DNA of 64,000 nucleotides from Oculina patagonica (lineage: Eukaryota). The DNA lies in the NCBI RefSeq assembly GCF_052425735.1, contig NC_135760.1, positions 19,158,001-19,222,000 of the forward strand. The letters run 5' to 3'. The position numbers and the translations under genes were made by a program. The notes below the pieces were generated by a model. The model saw nothing but the letters and a program-made list of their open reading frames with translations, did no database searches and was not told the DNA's origin. Positions 47,308-59,466 of the stretch are shown piece by piece (positions within the stretch are counted from its first letter, which is position 1; each line of letters opens with the position of its first letter).

Positions 47308-50300
47308 TAGTCCGGCAATATGGTGAAATGATTGTGCGATTTTTGTTAAAAGCACCAAATTTGGCACAGTGATAGTATTAGACGAGCTGATCAATTTCAG
47401 ATATAGGCCCATTCGTAATTCTGTCAGGGGGGCATCTTTTGGACCCAGGGGGTGGGGGTGGGTGGCATTTAAGCTTTATGGCAAAATCTACTGTATCCTT
47501 TGAGTAAGAAGCACCAAATTCTGGCACAGTGATAGTATTTGATGAGCAGATCGATTTCGGATATAGGTTCATCCGCAATTCTGTCAGGGGGGGACATCTT
47601 TTGGACCCAGGGGGTGGGGGTGGGTGGCATTTGAGTTTTATGGCAAAATCTACTGTATCCTTTGAGTAAAAAGCACCAAATTTGGCACAGTGATAGTATT
47701 TGATGAGCTGATCGACTTCGGATATAGGCCCATCCGCAATTCTGTCAGGGGGGACATCTTTTGGACCCAGGGGGTGGGGGTGGGCGACATTTGGGCTTTA
47801 TGGCAAAATTTACTGCATCCTTTGAGTAAGAAGTACCAAATTTGGCACAGTGATAGTATTTGATAAGCTGAACGATTTCAGATATAGTCCCATCCAGAAT
47901 TCTGACAGGGGGGCACCTTTTGGACCCAGGGGGTGGGGGGGGATAGCATTGGAGCTTTATGGCAAAATTTACTACATCCTTTTAGTACGAAGTACCAAAT
48001 TTCGCACAGTGATAGCACTCGATAAGCTGATCGATTTCAGCTGAGGGCTCATTCGACATTTTTCCAGAGGGAGACACTTTTTGACCCAGGGAGAAGTAGT
48101 TGGTAGCATTTGCACTTTATGGTAGAATTACTGAACCCTTTTGGTTAAAAAAAATGACACTATTATAATGTATGATGTATTGATCAATTTCAGTTCTGAG
48201 TTTCCTATATCCAGCATTCTTTCAGAGTTGTCCTTTTTGGACCAAGGGGGAGGTGGTGGTTTTCGTTTGAGTGTTTACACTGTCGGGCCATTTGAGTTCG
48301 CACCATTTTTGCCACGATTATAGAATTAGATGAGATGATCATTATACCTATGGGCCAATCCAAAATGATTTTGGGGGTATTTTTCGGCCTATGGGGATCA
48401 ATAGTATCCTTTTGAGCTTTTTGACACAACTATAGTATTTGTTGAGCTTGATTGTTCAATTTCAGCAATGGGCATTTCTGGTATGCTTTCAGGGTTACGT
48501 ATGTTTTGGTCTGAATAAAGATTTAAGAAGCTGTCTTTCCTGAAACCACCCACTCAAATTCGGGTCAAAAAAATAATTTTACCTTAAACTCTGGCAACTA
48601 GTACTGAATCGAAAGACTTTACCGAGGCTAGAAATAAAACAGATTTGGTTTGATTGAAAATGATTTTCTGGCCACGTTAGGAGCCTATAAATATTTTGCC
48701 CCTTTGGGCCCGCCGCAACATCTGGAAAATTAGAAAAATAGGCATTTTTCGGGTCACTGTCAAATACTTTGTTCGCATCGAACAGTTGACATTTTTTATA
48801 TTAATATGTTTATAAACATTTCTAGTTTTCTAAGAAAGTAGCAAGTTTTCAATTTCTCTTCAAATGCGAAATCAAGGATATAATGACCATTTCTGATCGG
48901 CATCGAATAAAGGTTGAAAAATGACCTTGATTTTGAAGTGAATGATTTCAATTTCGGGACATGGCCGATAACTCCACTCTACGCAGCCGAAAAGTGTAGT
49001 CCTTTATCGGCTAAAATATGCAAAATCCCATGTAAGTTTTCAGTATTTCAAAAAATATGACGGTTTGTATCAGCACATGTGTGAGTAATAACGACGATAT
49101 TAGCGGAAATGTGGTTATGCTGTGCAGGTAGTGCCTTTGCGCTTCTTCTGGATGCTGAGGTTTACAGCTGGATAATTCAGGGAAGACTCGTGACGTTTCT
49201 TTCCCAAGAGTTGTTTTCCCAAGAGCTGTTTTCTTACTCTGAAGGCAATGCCATCCACTGATCTGAAGTATATAAATCAGAGATATTTGAGTCCATTGTT
49301 CTAATCACGAACTTATTGAAGTTTTGGTTGTCATGATCAGAGTCCGGTGCATACAGAAGAAGACTGGTGTCTGTCTTTTCATGACAACACAAGAAGTTTC
49401 GTACATATGTGGATGTTAACATCCACATATGTAAGAAATTGGCTAAGCGCGCTGCACTTGTTTTGCCTCTTGCGGTTCTGTGCAGAAAGAAGAACTCTCG
49501 AAGGTTTCCTTTAATAACATATAACCTCGCATAGCCCATGTGAGTTTCTCTTTCGTTTGGATGGAGAGGGTCTCCGCACCTGGGATCAGAAACAGGGTAG
49601 GAATTTCCCGAAGGGTTGAACCTGATGTGAGACTACAAAGCAAGTGGGGTGAGATTTTTGAAAGCAGTCTAACAAGATGGTGAGAGCTGATGGCGGAAAC
49701 AGTGAATATGGGTGTCGTTGTGTTAGCTTGTGTTTTACATTAATTCCTCCATTTCATTTTTTGAATAAACGTTGAATACCCCTTTTACATTGCTGAAATT
49801 GTCAAGCTCTTGGATTCCTATTTGATTCTTTTAGCATAACGTGCCCAATCATTTCACCAATTTGCTCAAAAATATTCATCCTTCTTCAGGGATCAAATAG
49901 TTCACCCTGGCTGGAAAAATACCGAAATGGTTCATGAGCTAGGCTAATCTTATCAATGTGGTGCTCGTAACCAAAAATTAAATGCACAATCAATTTACCA
50001 TTAGTTGACAACATACCTACCCCTGTATGCTCTCTGAGTATCCCAAAACTATTTCAGATGAGCCCATTCATACTGAAATTGGTGATCACATTTAATGCTA
50101 TAAACGAGCCAAAGATAGTGCTTTGAGCACAAAGCTCAAAACGAGACCACCCCATACGCTTGGGAAAAAAAGGCAACCCTGAAAAAACCCGAAATAGATC
50201 CAAAGATGAAATCAATCAGCCCGTTAATAACTATATTTCTGACAAATTTAGTGGTTTAGTTATTTCACCATAAAGCTTACATGTTGCCCGCCCCAACCCC

Positions 50301-50815
50301 TGGGTTAAAAAGGTGCCCCCTGCCAGAATTTCATACAGGCCTATAACTGAAATCGATCAGCTCATCGAATGCTATCACTGTACCAAATTTGGTGCTTCTT
50401 GATCAACTCATCAAATACTATCACTGTGCCAAATTTGGTGGTTGTTACTCAAAGGATGCAGTAAATTATGCTATAAAGCTTAAACGCCACCCACCCCTAC
50501 CCCCTGGGTCCAAAAAATGTCCCCCCTGACAGAATTGCGGATGGGCCTATATCTGAAATTGATCAGCTCATCGAATACTATCACTGTGCCAAATTTGGTG
50601 CTTTTTACTCAAAGGATGCAGTAAATTTTGCCATAAACCACCCACCCCCACCCCCTGGGTCCAAAAAATGTCCCCCCTGAAAGAATTGCGGATGGGCCTA
50701 TATCTGAAATTGATCAGCTCATCAAATACCATCACTGTGCCAAATTTGGTGCTTTTAACAAAAATCGCACAATTCACCCAAATTTATGCACCATATTGCC
50801 GCCTTTGCCGGACTA
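47308..50815. mobile_element. Academ-like non-autonomous DNA transposon with long TIRs built of ~160-bp tandem units
   Basis: TAGTCCGGCAA...TTGCCGGACTA termini with 3-bp TSD TAT; units start near 47350, 47510, 47671, 47831 and 47991, with inverted copies at ~50270-50770. Internal minus-strand remnant CCHEKTDTSLLLYA...VIRTMDSNI resembles the HEEADT..LLHA...VI.T.DTDV XPG/PIN-like motif. Confidence 0.75.
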
Positions 50816-51297
50816 TATTGGACGGCTATGTATGGGAGCTATGTGCTGCAGAATTAGCAAAAATTGTGCGGATCTGTGGGGAATGTATCGAGTGGTTGAC
50901 CTAGCTGAGGCCATAGCTGGCGGAAAAATAACACGATATTCCGCAAGATTGAGCAGGATAATTGTTTTAATATTCAACAAATTGACGACCAATCGCATCT
51001 TTACAGCTAGATAAATATAGCGCTGGCGAATTTAAGGTCAAACCTTCCATAAGCGGGGCCCCTTTGGGCTTCGTCTAGGTGTCCGCATACGAGATATGTT
51101 CAACCCTTTTTTGGGCCGTTCCTTAACAGAGATTTAATTTTAGTACTCAATAAATTATATGTATAGCTAATATAGCTAAAACTGGACGACACGACAAGAG
51201 TTTTTTTTCATCGTGTGGTAAATTAAATCGTTCAGTCGTAGTGAGTCTTTCCTTCGTAGCTGTTTACTTAACAATTAATTATTTCGTTCTTTTTCAG

Positions 51298-53673
51298 GTA
51301 GTGGCGTTGGAAAAAGAGGACCATGTAAGATAAATTATTTCTGTATTTTTATATCACACCTTCAGTCTCTGTAGTGCAGTATCTACAGCCATTCTTTAGT
51401 CTTAAAACAATAAACTTGTCCGATATAACAGCCGGTATAACAAACCTCCTTATCTTACAAACCTCTCATTCTCCCGATATAACTAACCGTCCCCGTATAA
51501 TAAATCCCCCGATATAACAATCCCCCCGGTATAAAGAACCTCCCCGTATAACAAGTCTCCCGGTACAACGGTCCTCCCGTTGTAACAAATCCCCTGATAA
51601 AATACACTTTCGAAATAACAAATCTCTCGGTATAAGTCCTATAACGATCCCCCTGCCCTCATTTCAGGACCACCCGGTATACTAACCCCCCCCCCCCTTC
51701 CACCACTCTGATAATAGTGAACCTCCCTCATTTGTGTTGTGATCCTCTTTATGTTCACAGCGAAGTGTCCCGATGGATACAAACTGTACAACAACGTATG
51801 CTACAAGTACTTCCCGGGTCCAGTGAACTGGGTACAAGCTTCTGAGAAATGCGCTGCAGACTTTTCAACGCTAGCGTCGGTTAACAGTCAAGCTGAAGAC
51901 TTTTTCATAAAGACTGTTCTGGTACGTTACAAATGTAAATAACGGATGTAGCTACAATCCTGGACAAAACTGGTGAGACACTTGGCCCAATTTCGACTAA
52001 TTTGGGTATCATAGCTTTTTTAATTTAACTTCCTCTCACCCCCCCCCCCCCATTTCAATGTTGTCATGTTGTGAAAACAAATCCGGGTGAATTACAAACC
52101 GTTACCCCATTAAACAACATTAAGCATCGGGAGAGGGAGATAATACCCGGTTGTAAGACATGACATTTCAAAATGTGTGTGCTATTTCGTTTGTCTGAAC
52201 TAGTTTTGTCTAGGATTGGTCGAAACTAGCTTTAAAGGTTTATAATGTTAAGGTCCGAGAAAAAAGGGGATTATTTGTTTTAATTATAAAGGCAAAAGTG
52301 AACATCAAAAGCAGATTAAATTAAGTAAAAATGTTAATGGGGCACTATCATGAAAAATATGCTGCATCTTTGGTCCAAACGGTAGGAAATTATGACTTAA
52401 GGTGGCTCGCAATAGTTAAGGCAGAATTAGACATGCCCATCTTTGGTGTTCCATCGTGGCTATATCAATAATGTTTAGGAAAATCTTTTAGTTTAAACTT
52501 ATACTAGTTTCACCAAATAACAAATCGAGGTCATTGTGACGTCAAAATTTGTTACCATGGCAACGCCATATGAGGTCAAAGATACCCTATTTTGGACCTT
52601 TTGAGGCTAATAACTCAAAAACTGTTCGGTGAAATTTTTTGTTTTTAATATATTTTCATCTCACCGATGGAATGAACATTTTTGCAAACTTTTAAAAAAA
52701 TTCTGTAGGTGGGTTTCGGAGCTACGTTATTTTTTTCATAAATTTAAGGTGGCTCTGAACCCCACCTACAGAATTTTTTTTAAAAAAATTGTTAGATTGT
52801 TTGTTTCGTCCATTAGACAAAAATATATGAAATACAAAAACTTTCACCGTCTAGTTTTTAAGTTATCAACTTGTTTATTGGTAAAACCATTACAAAGTTG
52901 TACTAAAAGTTAAACCTCGACATTATTGGTGTAGCTACAATAGAATGCCAAAGACGGGAATATCTAAACCATTACGAGCCATCTTAATGCACCTAAAACA
53001 CCGAGACCAAGACAAGACCATTATTTTAAGGTTTCCATTTATGTAAATACGTCTTTTGGCTTAGAAGTCTATATAATTCAATACTTCTGAACTCTCGCGG
53101 TAGAAGTCCATGGAATACAAAAACTCCTAGTAAACAAATGTACCCATTGCGGTCCTATGTTTAGTCTTACGTTTCGCTTGCGTGAGTTTGCTAAGTGAAA
53201 CCCAGTCTCCCAAAAGGGTTCTGGAACGAGTGAGGAAATTTTAAGTTGAACTGAGGAGAGTCGCTGAAAATTTATCACACTTCGCCTCGCGGGGTTGCGA
53301 GTCTCGCGCGCGAAATTATCGGCCCTTTCCTTTCGCGCTCGGCGCTCATCGAAAATTTGAAAGAAGAAATAAAGACCACCGGTCCACGCAATTATTAATC
53401 ACAAAGCTCGACAGTCGATGATAAGTCTTGTGTTTCACAACAGCTGTAAAATAAACTCCATATTTACTTTCCGTATACAGACCTCAGGCGGCGTGTCGGA
53501 TGCCTGGATTGGCGTAAGTGATTTAAATAATCACGGGGTCATGTCATGGTTAGACGGCAGTGAGCCTCTCTTTATGAACTGGGATTACTACTAGAAGAAT
53601 TTTCCTGCAAAAAATGCGGCGTTATCTTCACTAACGTTAACTGGAAGTACAAACCATGCGATGGAGCGAGAGG
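51298..53673 (+). pseudogene. Duplicated, disabled NOWA-like exons 3-5 (51298-51324, 51761-51921, 53481-~53673)
   Basis: Close copies of the exons in 36383-37945; CAG>TAG stop at 53592, a 1-bp deletion, and the exon 5 end and donor deleted. Confidence 0.85.
52401..52983. mobile_element. Kolobok-like non-autonomous element (TTAA TSD)
   Basis: TTAA|GGTGGCTCGCAATAGTT...AACCATTACGAGCCATC|TTAA. Confidence 0.6.
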
Positions 53674-53768
53674 CATTATATTGCGCCCGCGATCGTGGCC
53701 TTCAGTGAATAACCAACGACTGAAAACCAATCAGATTCGCGTTTATAAGTTACGCAATTTTCACTGCG

Positions 53769-53857
53769 TTTCAATCAGCATACAAGGAATTTCACTCAAC
53801 TGAAACAGCACTTCTTAGAGTACAAAATGACATCTTGTGTGCTCTTGATCAAAACAA
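53769..53857 (+). mobile_element. Non-LTR retrotransposon (L2/CR1-type) RT fragment
   Basis: [29 protein letters not shown]. Confidence 0.75.
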
Positions 53858-54455
53858 TATCTCTGGAGAAAGACAACGAACGAGTTAGAGAACTGGAAGA
53901 AAACGACAGTGAACATGTGATCATATAGCGCGCAATTCTTCCTCGAAAAACGCTTAAAGATTGTACTGAGAGATTGGCTTCTGGTCCGTGAAAAATTTTG
54001 TCTTTGGCCTTACTAGTTGTCAGAGTGAATTAATTCCTTAAACAAATTCCACGAACAAACTTCTTGAGCAAAATCCTTTAATATCTATGGTACATTGAGT
54101 AGACACACGACGCGTTCTAATTCTAGAAAAATCCAACAAAAGAACCCTGAACGACTTGGTTACAAGTGCCAATCAATCTATTTTTAAATGCTATCCAGAA
54201 CAGAAGCCATGTTCGAAAGTCACGTCATTCGATTTAAGAGTTCACGCGATGAGATCATTTTGTAACACTTGTATCCATTTTGAATAAAATACGTATAAGG
54301 GGTGTTTTACCAGACAATACCGCAGAAAAAGTTGAATTAGCCCTAGTATTAACTGCAATGTAACTCAAATTGGAATCGAAAAAACACACTGCGGCAAATA
54401 GTCTCCCTCGCAGCCGTTTTTAGTGTCGTCACAAAACGAGACTATGCGGCGAGTG

Positions 54456-55322
54456 TCATTGATTAAAACAGATAGCAAGAACAGTTATTACAATTATTAC
54501 AAGAACTGAACCGATTGCAAAAACACCTCTCTGTACTTCCCGATTCACCTGCCGACCCCATCTGGTCATTGAAAGTGTCTTACTGATTTCACCTTTGATA
54601 TTTTCATGTGGGAAGAAAACAGTCGGCACATCACACTTCAAGAAATCACACAATGGCTCCCGGGGGGGGGGGGGGACTCGCATATGAAAGTGACGGGGAT
54701 GCTCGTCGTCTCGCTTAGGGGTGTAAATTTCGGACTTTTGGTCTCGCTTAGGGTGTTCCGGAAAAAAACGCCCAAAACGCCAATATTTTTAGCCATAATG
54801 GTCTCGTTTAGGGTTACACACGAAGAAATATACAAATATAAACTCCATTCTTAGTTTTTTTGTATCTTTTAGGGGTCAAGAAAGGCTTGAGCCACACCCA
54901 GATTGGTCTCTTTTAGGGGTTCTTTTCAAAATTTCCGACGAGCATCCCCGTCCGTTTCATATGGGAGTCCCCCCCCCCCGGGCAATGGCTTTCATCCTTG
55001 TTTGACGTTGTACACCAACAGCTTTTCAGCGGGAACAATCGACTTTACACGGTGGTTGTGGATACGATATCGCTTTCTGTGAACATATGTGGACTTGGGG
55101 CTACAAGAACCAAAGGCAGCGTCCCAATAGGAGCCCACGATATATTTCACTTTCTCCGCTGTCGGCGATAGCATCTCCACCTTGGATCCTGCAGCAGAGT
55201 CCGATTCTAGTTGATTCGCAAAACTTTTTACCCACGAATCTTCTTCCCGTTCGCTCAGGATCACTTTACAGTCAGGGAAAGCCTCCAGTATTTCTTCGAA
55301 GAAAAAAGTTCCAGGCAGATCC
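54456..55322 (-). pseudogene. Sulfotransferase-like copy 12, 5'-truncated and MITE-interrupted
   Basis: Homology starts at DLPG (55322); a MITE is inserted at 54659-54982 within GxKPLC. Confidence 0.85.
54659..54982. mobile_element. MITE with CCCG(G)n termini and 8-bp TSD
   Basis: CCCGGGG..GACTCGCATATGAAA...TTTCATATGGGAGTCCCC..CGGG flanked by CAATGGCT. Confidence 0.9.
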
Positions 55323-56152
55323 AGATCTGAAATTAAAGGCTCTTCTTTTTCAGCTTTAGAGCTAAGATAGCAAGGTGGTAGGGGTATATGCAGACGTCAT
55401 GTCTCCTGTTAGTGTAGTCAGAATATGCTGAAAGCCCCCCCCCCCCCCAGCCCCTTTAAAAGTAGGATTAAACATGGTGGAAGGTCTCCCAGAAGACCTC
55501 CGTGTGGAAGATTCGTGGATGAAACGTTTTGGAATGAAAGCTAGTACAGGAACGCAAAAAAATTAGAAGCGGAGAGGCCCAAGACTTTTTTTCTTCAAAA
55601 TCTGTCGTCTAACGCTGTGGTTCAGGACACACGCCAAACATTAACGAGAATCAAAAGACCTTAAAGGCCGCGTTAAATTTATGGCGGTCTGTATTAGTAT
55701 TCGTTACGTTATAAAAAGACAAATATTCGTTATACAAAGAAAAGTGTTTGTTATATAAAGGTCTTTATTAGTATTCGCTACCCATAGTTAGTTAGTAATT
55801 TTTATTAGTATCTTTTTTGTGTTTTGTTTACGTCAACAAGGGGTGTTTTACCAGTAAAATTCGCATGCACATAATTAACGAATTGTCCATGATTTCATCG
55901 GTGAGTTAATTCATGAATTATAAATAACCAAAGGTTTTTGAAGTCGTTCAGGAAACCAGTGAACATCGAATAACATGTATAAATTAAAAACGATGATACA
56001 ATTCGAAGAGATTCGTTTCTGGACTGACAATACCGCAGAAAAAATTGAATGAGCCCTAAAATATTAAATGCGATATAACTCAAATTAGAATCGAAAAAAT
56101 TGAGGAGTAAATCCATCGGATTAATAGCTTTGTTTTCACTTTTAGGCGAGTG

Positions 56153-56881
56153 TCATTGTTTAAAACAGATAGCCGCGACGATTATTACAATTATTACAAG
56201 AACTGAACCGATTGCTAAAACACCTCTCTGTACTTCCCAATTCACCTGCCGACCCCATCTGGTCATGGGAAGTGTCTTAGTGAGTTCAGCATTGATATTT
56301 TCATGTGGAAAGGGGACACTCGGGACATCGCATCCCAAGAAATCACACAATGGCTTCCACCCTTGTTTTACGTTGTACACCAACAGCTTGTCGGCTGGAA
56401 CAATCGACTTTACACGGTGGTTGTGGATACGATATCGCTTTCTGATAACGCATGTGGACTTGGGGTTATGGGAGCCATGGGCGGCATCAGTGAAGGAGTT
56501 ATAAACGAACATCAATTTCCTCCATGTTGGCGATAACATAGCCACATACTCGGATCGTGTAGCCAATAACGATTTCGCTTGACGAGTCCTACTTTTTAAC
56601 CACGAATCTTCCTCTCGTTCGCTCAGAATCACTTTACAGTCAGGAAAAGCTTCCAGTATTTCCTCGTAGAAAAAATACCCAGGCAGATCTACGGCTGCAT
56701 CAGCATTCTGGTAAACTCGTTTCACATCTGGTTTGGTGCCATTTTGGAAAACATCGACCCAGTGATCTAGAAAGTCATAGATCTGCTCTTCCCAGTCAAA
56801 TACCGTAAACCCAAGTTGCCGCAAGGCTTTGGCGATTGATTTAGTACCCGTTTTACCATATCCTGCACAAATGATCTTCAT
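56153..56881 (-). CDS. Sulfotransfer_4-like protein (copy 13)
   Basis: Intact 242-aa paralog. Confidence 0.85.
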   Translation of the reverse strand: MKIICAGYGKTGTKSIAKALRQLGFTVFDWEEQIYDFLDHWVDVFQNGTKPDVKRVYQNADAAVDLPGYFFYEEILEAFPDCKVILSEREEDSWLKSRTRQAKSLLATRSEYVAMLSPTWRKLMFVYNSFTDAAHGSHNPKSTCVIRKRYRIHNHRVKSIVPADKLLVYNVKQGWKPLCDFLGCDVPSVPFPHENINAELTKTLPMTRWGRQVNWEVQRGVLAIGSVLVIIVIIVAAICFKQ

Positions 56882-57135
56882 GAGTAAAGCTACGAAAAGT
56901 GAAGAAAATTAACCTTTGCTCGTTTCTTCCGTGCTGTCAGTCAAGTTTCTCGTTTTGTGTTTTTATTCTGGTGCCCCCGCTTGGAACATGCACGCCACGT
57001 CTAACACAGTGATTCATGAATATCCATACGTACTGTTCGGTACATTCAGCGTACATTTGCATTCATGTTCATATGTATGTAAATATTGCCTTCTGGTTAT
57101 GTCATGTCGAGTTATCAAGACGGTTTCAGCTAAAC

Positions 57136-57317
57136 TAGCCTGCGAGCAGGCTCTCTATTCGGGGGCAACGTGAATTGAACTCTTCGAGTGCCGAAGGCCC
57201 GTAACGGCGGGCTCACTTCGCTCGCCGACTTGCGCCTTCGGCACTCGCAGGATTGCGCCTTCGGTGCTCGAAGAGTTCAATTCACGTTGCCCCCGAACAG
57301 AGACTGCTCGCAGGCTA
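57136..57317. mobile_element. Palindromic MITE
   Basis: TAGCCTGCGAGCAG...CTGCTCGCAGGCTA with ~60-bp inverted arms. Confidence 0.75.
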
Positions 57318-58656
57318 CCACTGAACATTCAAACAATAAAGGCAAAAATAAAGTTACCCAAAAGGGGTAAGCTCTCAAGCTGACCCCCGCAAGAGAAAAA
57401 CAAATTAAAGTTATCCACATTTTAGTTAAAATGGACGTTTCACGTCAGTTAAAACAAGACAACATGCGTTTTTAAAGCTTTTCTTACGAGGCTTGACATT
57501 AACTTTGTCAAGAATACTTTAGAATTTAATAGCGGGGTCAAGTATAGAAAAGAATTACAGTGAGATGTTTCAAATATTATACAAAATGTTACTGTGCTAT
57601 GAGAAGATTTTGTTTCTATGCTTTTACTATGGTATGAGGTAGTGTTGTGGTTAAACCTGTCGACACCTGTCATATATTTTGCAGCTAGCCATTCTTGTAA
57701 ACCGTACTCGGTTTATACAGAAATGGCGACAGGTGTTTTCATTGTGTGCAACTGAATTTCTTTCACGTAGAATGTTGTCTATGTGACGAACTGTTTCGGA
57801 GACCGTCGGGACCGACCAAAAATTCGCTTCCCGTGGACGTAAGGACTATTAACTCAACGAAGATTTTTAAAACAAGACTTTCTAAATTACTTTTAAATTA
57901 ACTTAGAACTATTGTACATATTTTTATTTATTTATTTTTAATTTCTAATTATGAATTTTTATTGTAAATAGTTTGTAATTAACTTTCCTTTACTTGTATT
58001 TTTTTTTACATTGCTGCTGAAAAGCCCTTTTTAGGGAGCGCAATTAAATTGTATGTATATATATGTATGTAACAGTGTCTGTCTTAGAGGGTGTCCGCCT
58101 TATAGAGAGTCGAGGTACACCAGTAATTCTGAAATAGTGAAGCTGAACGGCTGTGCACAATAAATACACGTCTGTTTTAAGTCTTTTTAAAGTCGCTTAC
58201 TTTAGCAAAATCTACTGGACACTGCATACATCTTCCTTACTTGCTCGGCTTCTTTCTAATTCTCAACAATTAACAAGAACCGAAAGAAGGGAAAAGTTAT
58301 TTACTATGTGAGAACGCAGCGAATAAAACGGTGAATACAAATACAAAGAATAAATTAAATTCTACGGTGATTGGTGACGGTCCTATGAAATGAGAAAGAT
58401 TTAATTTTCATAGGGAAAAAGATAATCTCGTTGGGAACGAGATTAGGAAAAAGAAAAAGAAAAAAAAGAAAGAGAAAGAAAAAAGAAAAGAAATGAGGAG
58501 AGGATCCAGCATGCACCGCAACTAGACACCAGTCCTTTCTGTTACGCAACAACAAATATGGCGTCAGGATTGCACCACGTGGCGACATAAAACCTTGCCG
58601 GTTTCTTTAAATTTGCTCCGATTTTTGCACTCTTCTATTGCCTGTGTACAATCGAA

Positions 58657-59466
58657 ATGGAGCCACAAGGTCCTGGAGATTTTTGCTGGAAGAAAAATGG
58701 AAAATATGTCCGACGGCGAACGGGTATGGACATTTGTGATAATCGAGGTGATGACGAATTAGAAGAAGCCAACGGAATTTCCGTGGATAACATGTCTATT
58801 TGTTCTTCAAACGACTCCTTCTGCTCTGAAAGTGAAGCTGGCAACTTGCAAAGTAGTCAAATGACAACTAAGAGAAATTTGAACAAGTCAAAAACGCTGT
58901 CTCCTGTTGGTTTAGACTGTGAAATGGTTGGAGTCGGAGACGAAAAGTCAAGTGCTTTGGCGAGGTGTAGCATTGTTAGCCACGAAGGAGATGTTCTGTA
59001 CGACGTCTATGTCAAACCCGACAAGCCTATCACGGATTATAGAACACAATGGAGCGGTATTCGCCCAAAACACATGAACAACGCGATATCATTTCGCTCG
59101 GCAAGGAAGAAGGTTAAACGGCTCATCAAAAAACGCAGACTCGTCGGCCATGCTTTACAGTTCGATTTGAAAGTGCTCAAGTTAAGACACCCTTCAGATC
59201 TCATCAGGGACACATCAAAACACATACCGTTGCGGGCCTTAGCTGGGTTTCCCCGGAACTCTACGCCTTCGTTAAAACGCCTTACTAGGCAGTTGTTGAA
59301 GTGGGATATTCAGGTGAATGAACACAGTTCGGTTGAAGATGCTAGAGCTGCTATGCTCTTGTATAGGAAATGTGAGGCGCAGTGGGAAAAAGATATAAAA
59401 GGGAAGGGTGGACAGTCTTATCTTGAAGATGCTTACTGGCCAAACTGGACAGAAGCTGTGAATTAA
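58657..59466 (+). CDS. DEDDh 3'-5' exonuclease, REX4/ISG20L2/AEN family (AEN-like C-terminus)
   Basis: LDCEMVGVG, LARCSIV, DYRTQWSGI, LVGHAL.FDL, RDTS, HSSVEDARAAM, C-terminal YLEDAYWP; single exon. Confidence 0.9.
   Translation: MEPQGPGDFCWKKNGKYVRRRTGMDICDNRGDDELEEANGISVDNMSICSSNDSFCSESEAGNLQSSQMTTKRNLNKSKTLSPVGLDCEMVGVGDEKSSALARCSIVSHEGDVLYDVYVKPDKPITDYRTQWSGIRPKHMNNAISFRSARKKVKRLIKKRRLVGHALQFDLKVLKLRHPSDLIRDTSKHIPLRALAGFPRNSTPSLKRLTRQLLKWDIQVNEHSSVEDARAAMLLYRKCEAQWEKDIKGKGGQSYLEDAYWPNWTEAVN

Noticed and set aside
47350-48130. Regularly spaced repeats resembling an array system
   Set aside because: Whole ~160-bp units are homologous with no spacers and are mirrored at 50.3-50.8 kb, so they are TIR substructure
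10727-56536. Many recurrent antisense or alternate-frame ORFs over the sulfotransferase-like genes
   Set aside because: Shadows of the conserved sense CDS; lengths and starts are inconsistent between copies
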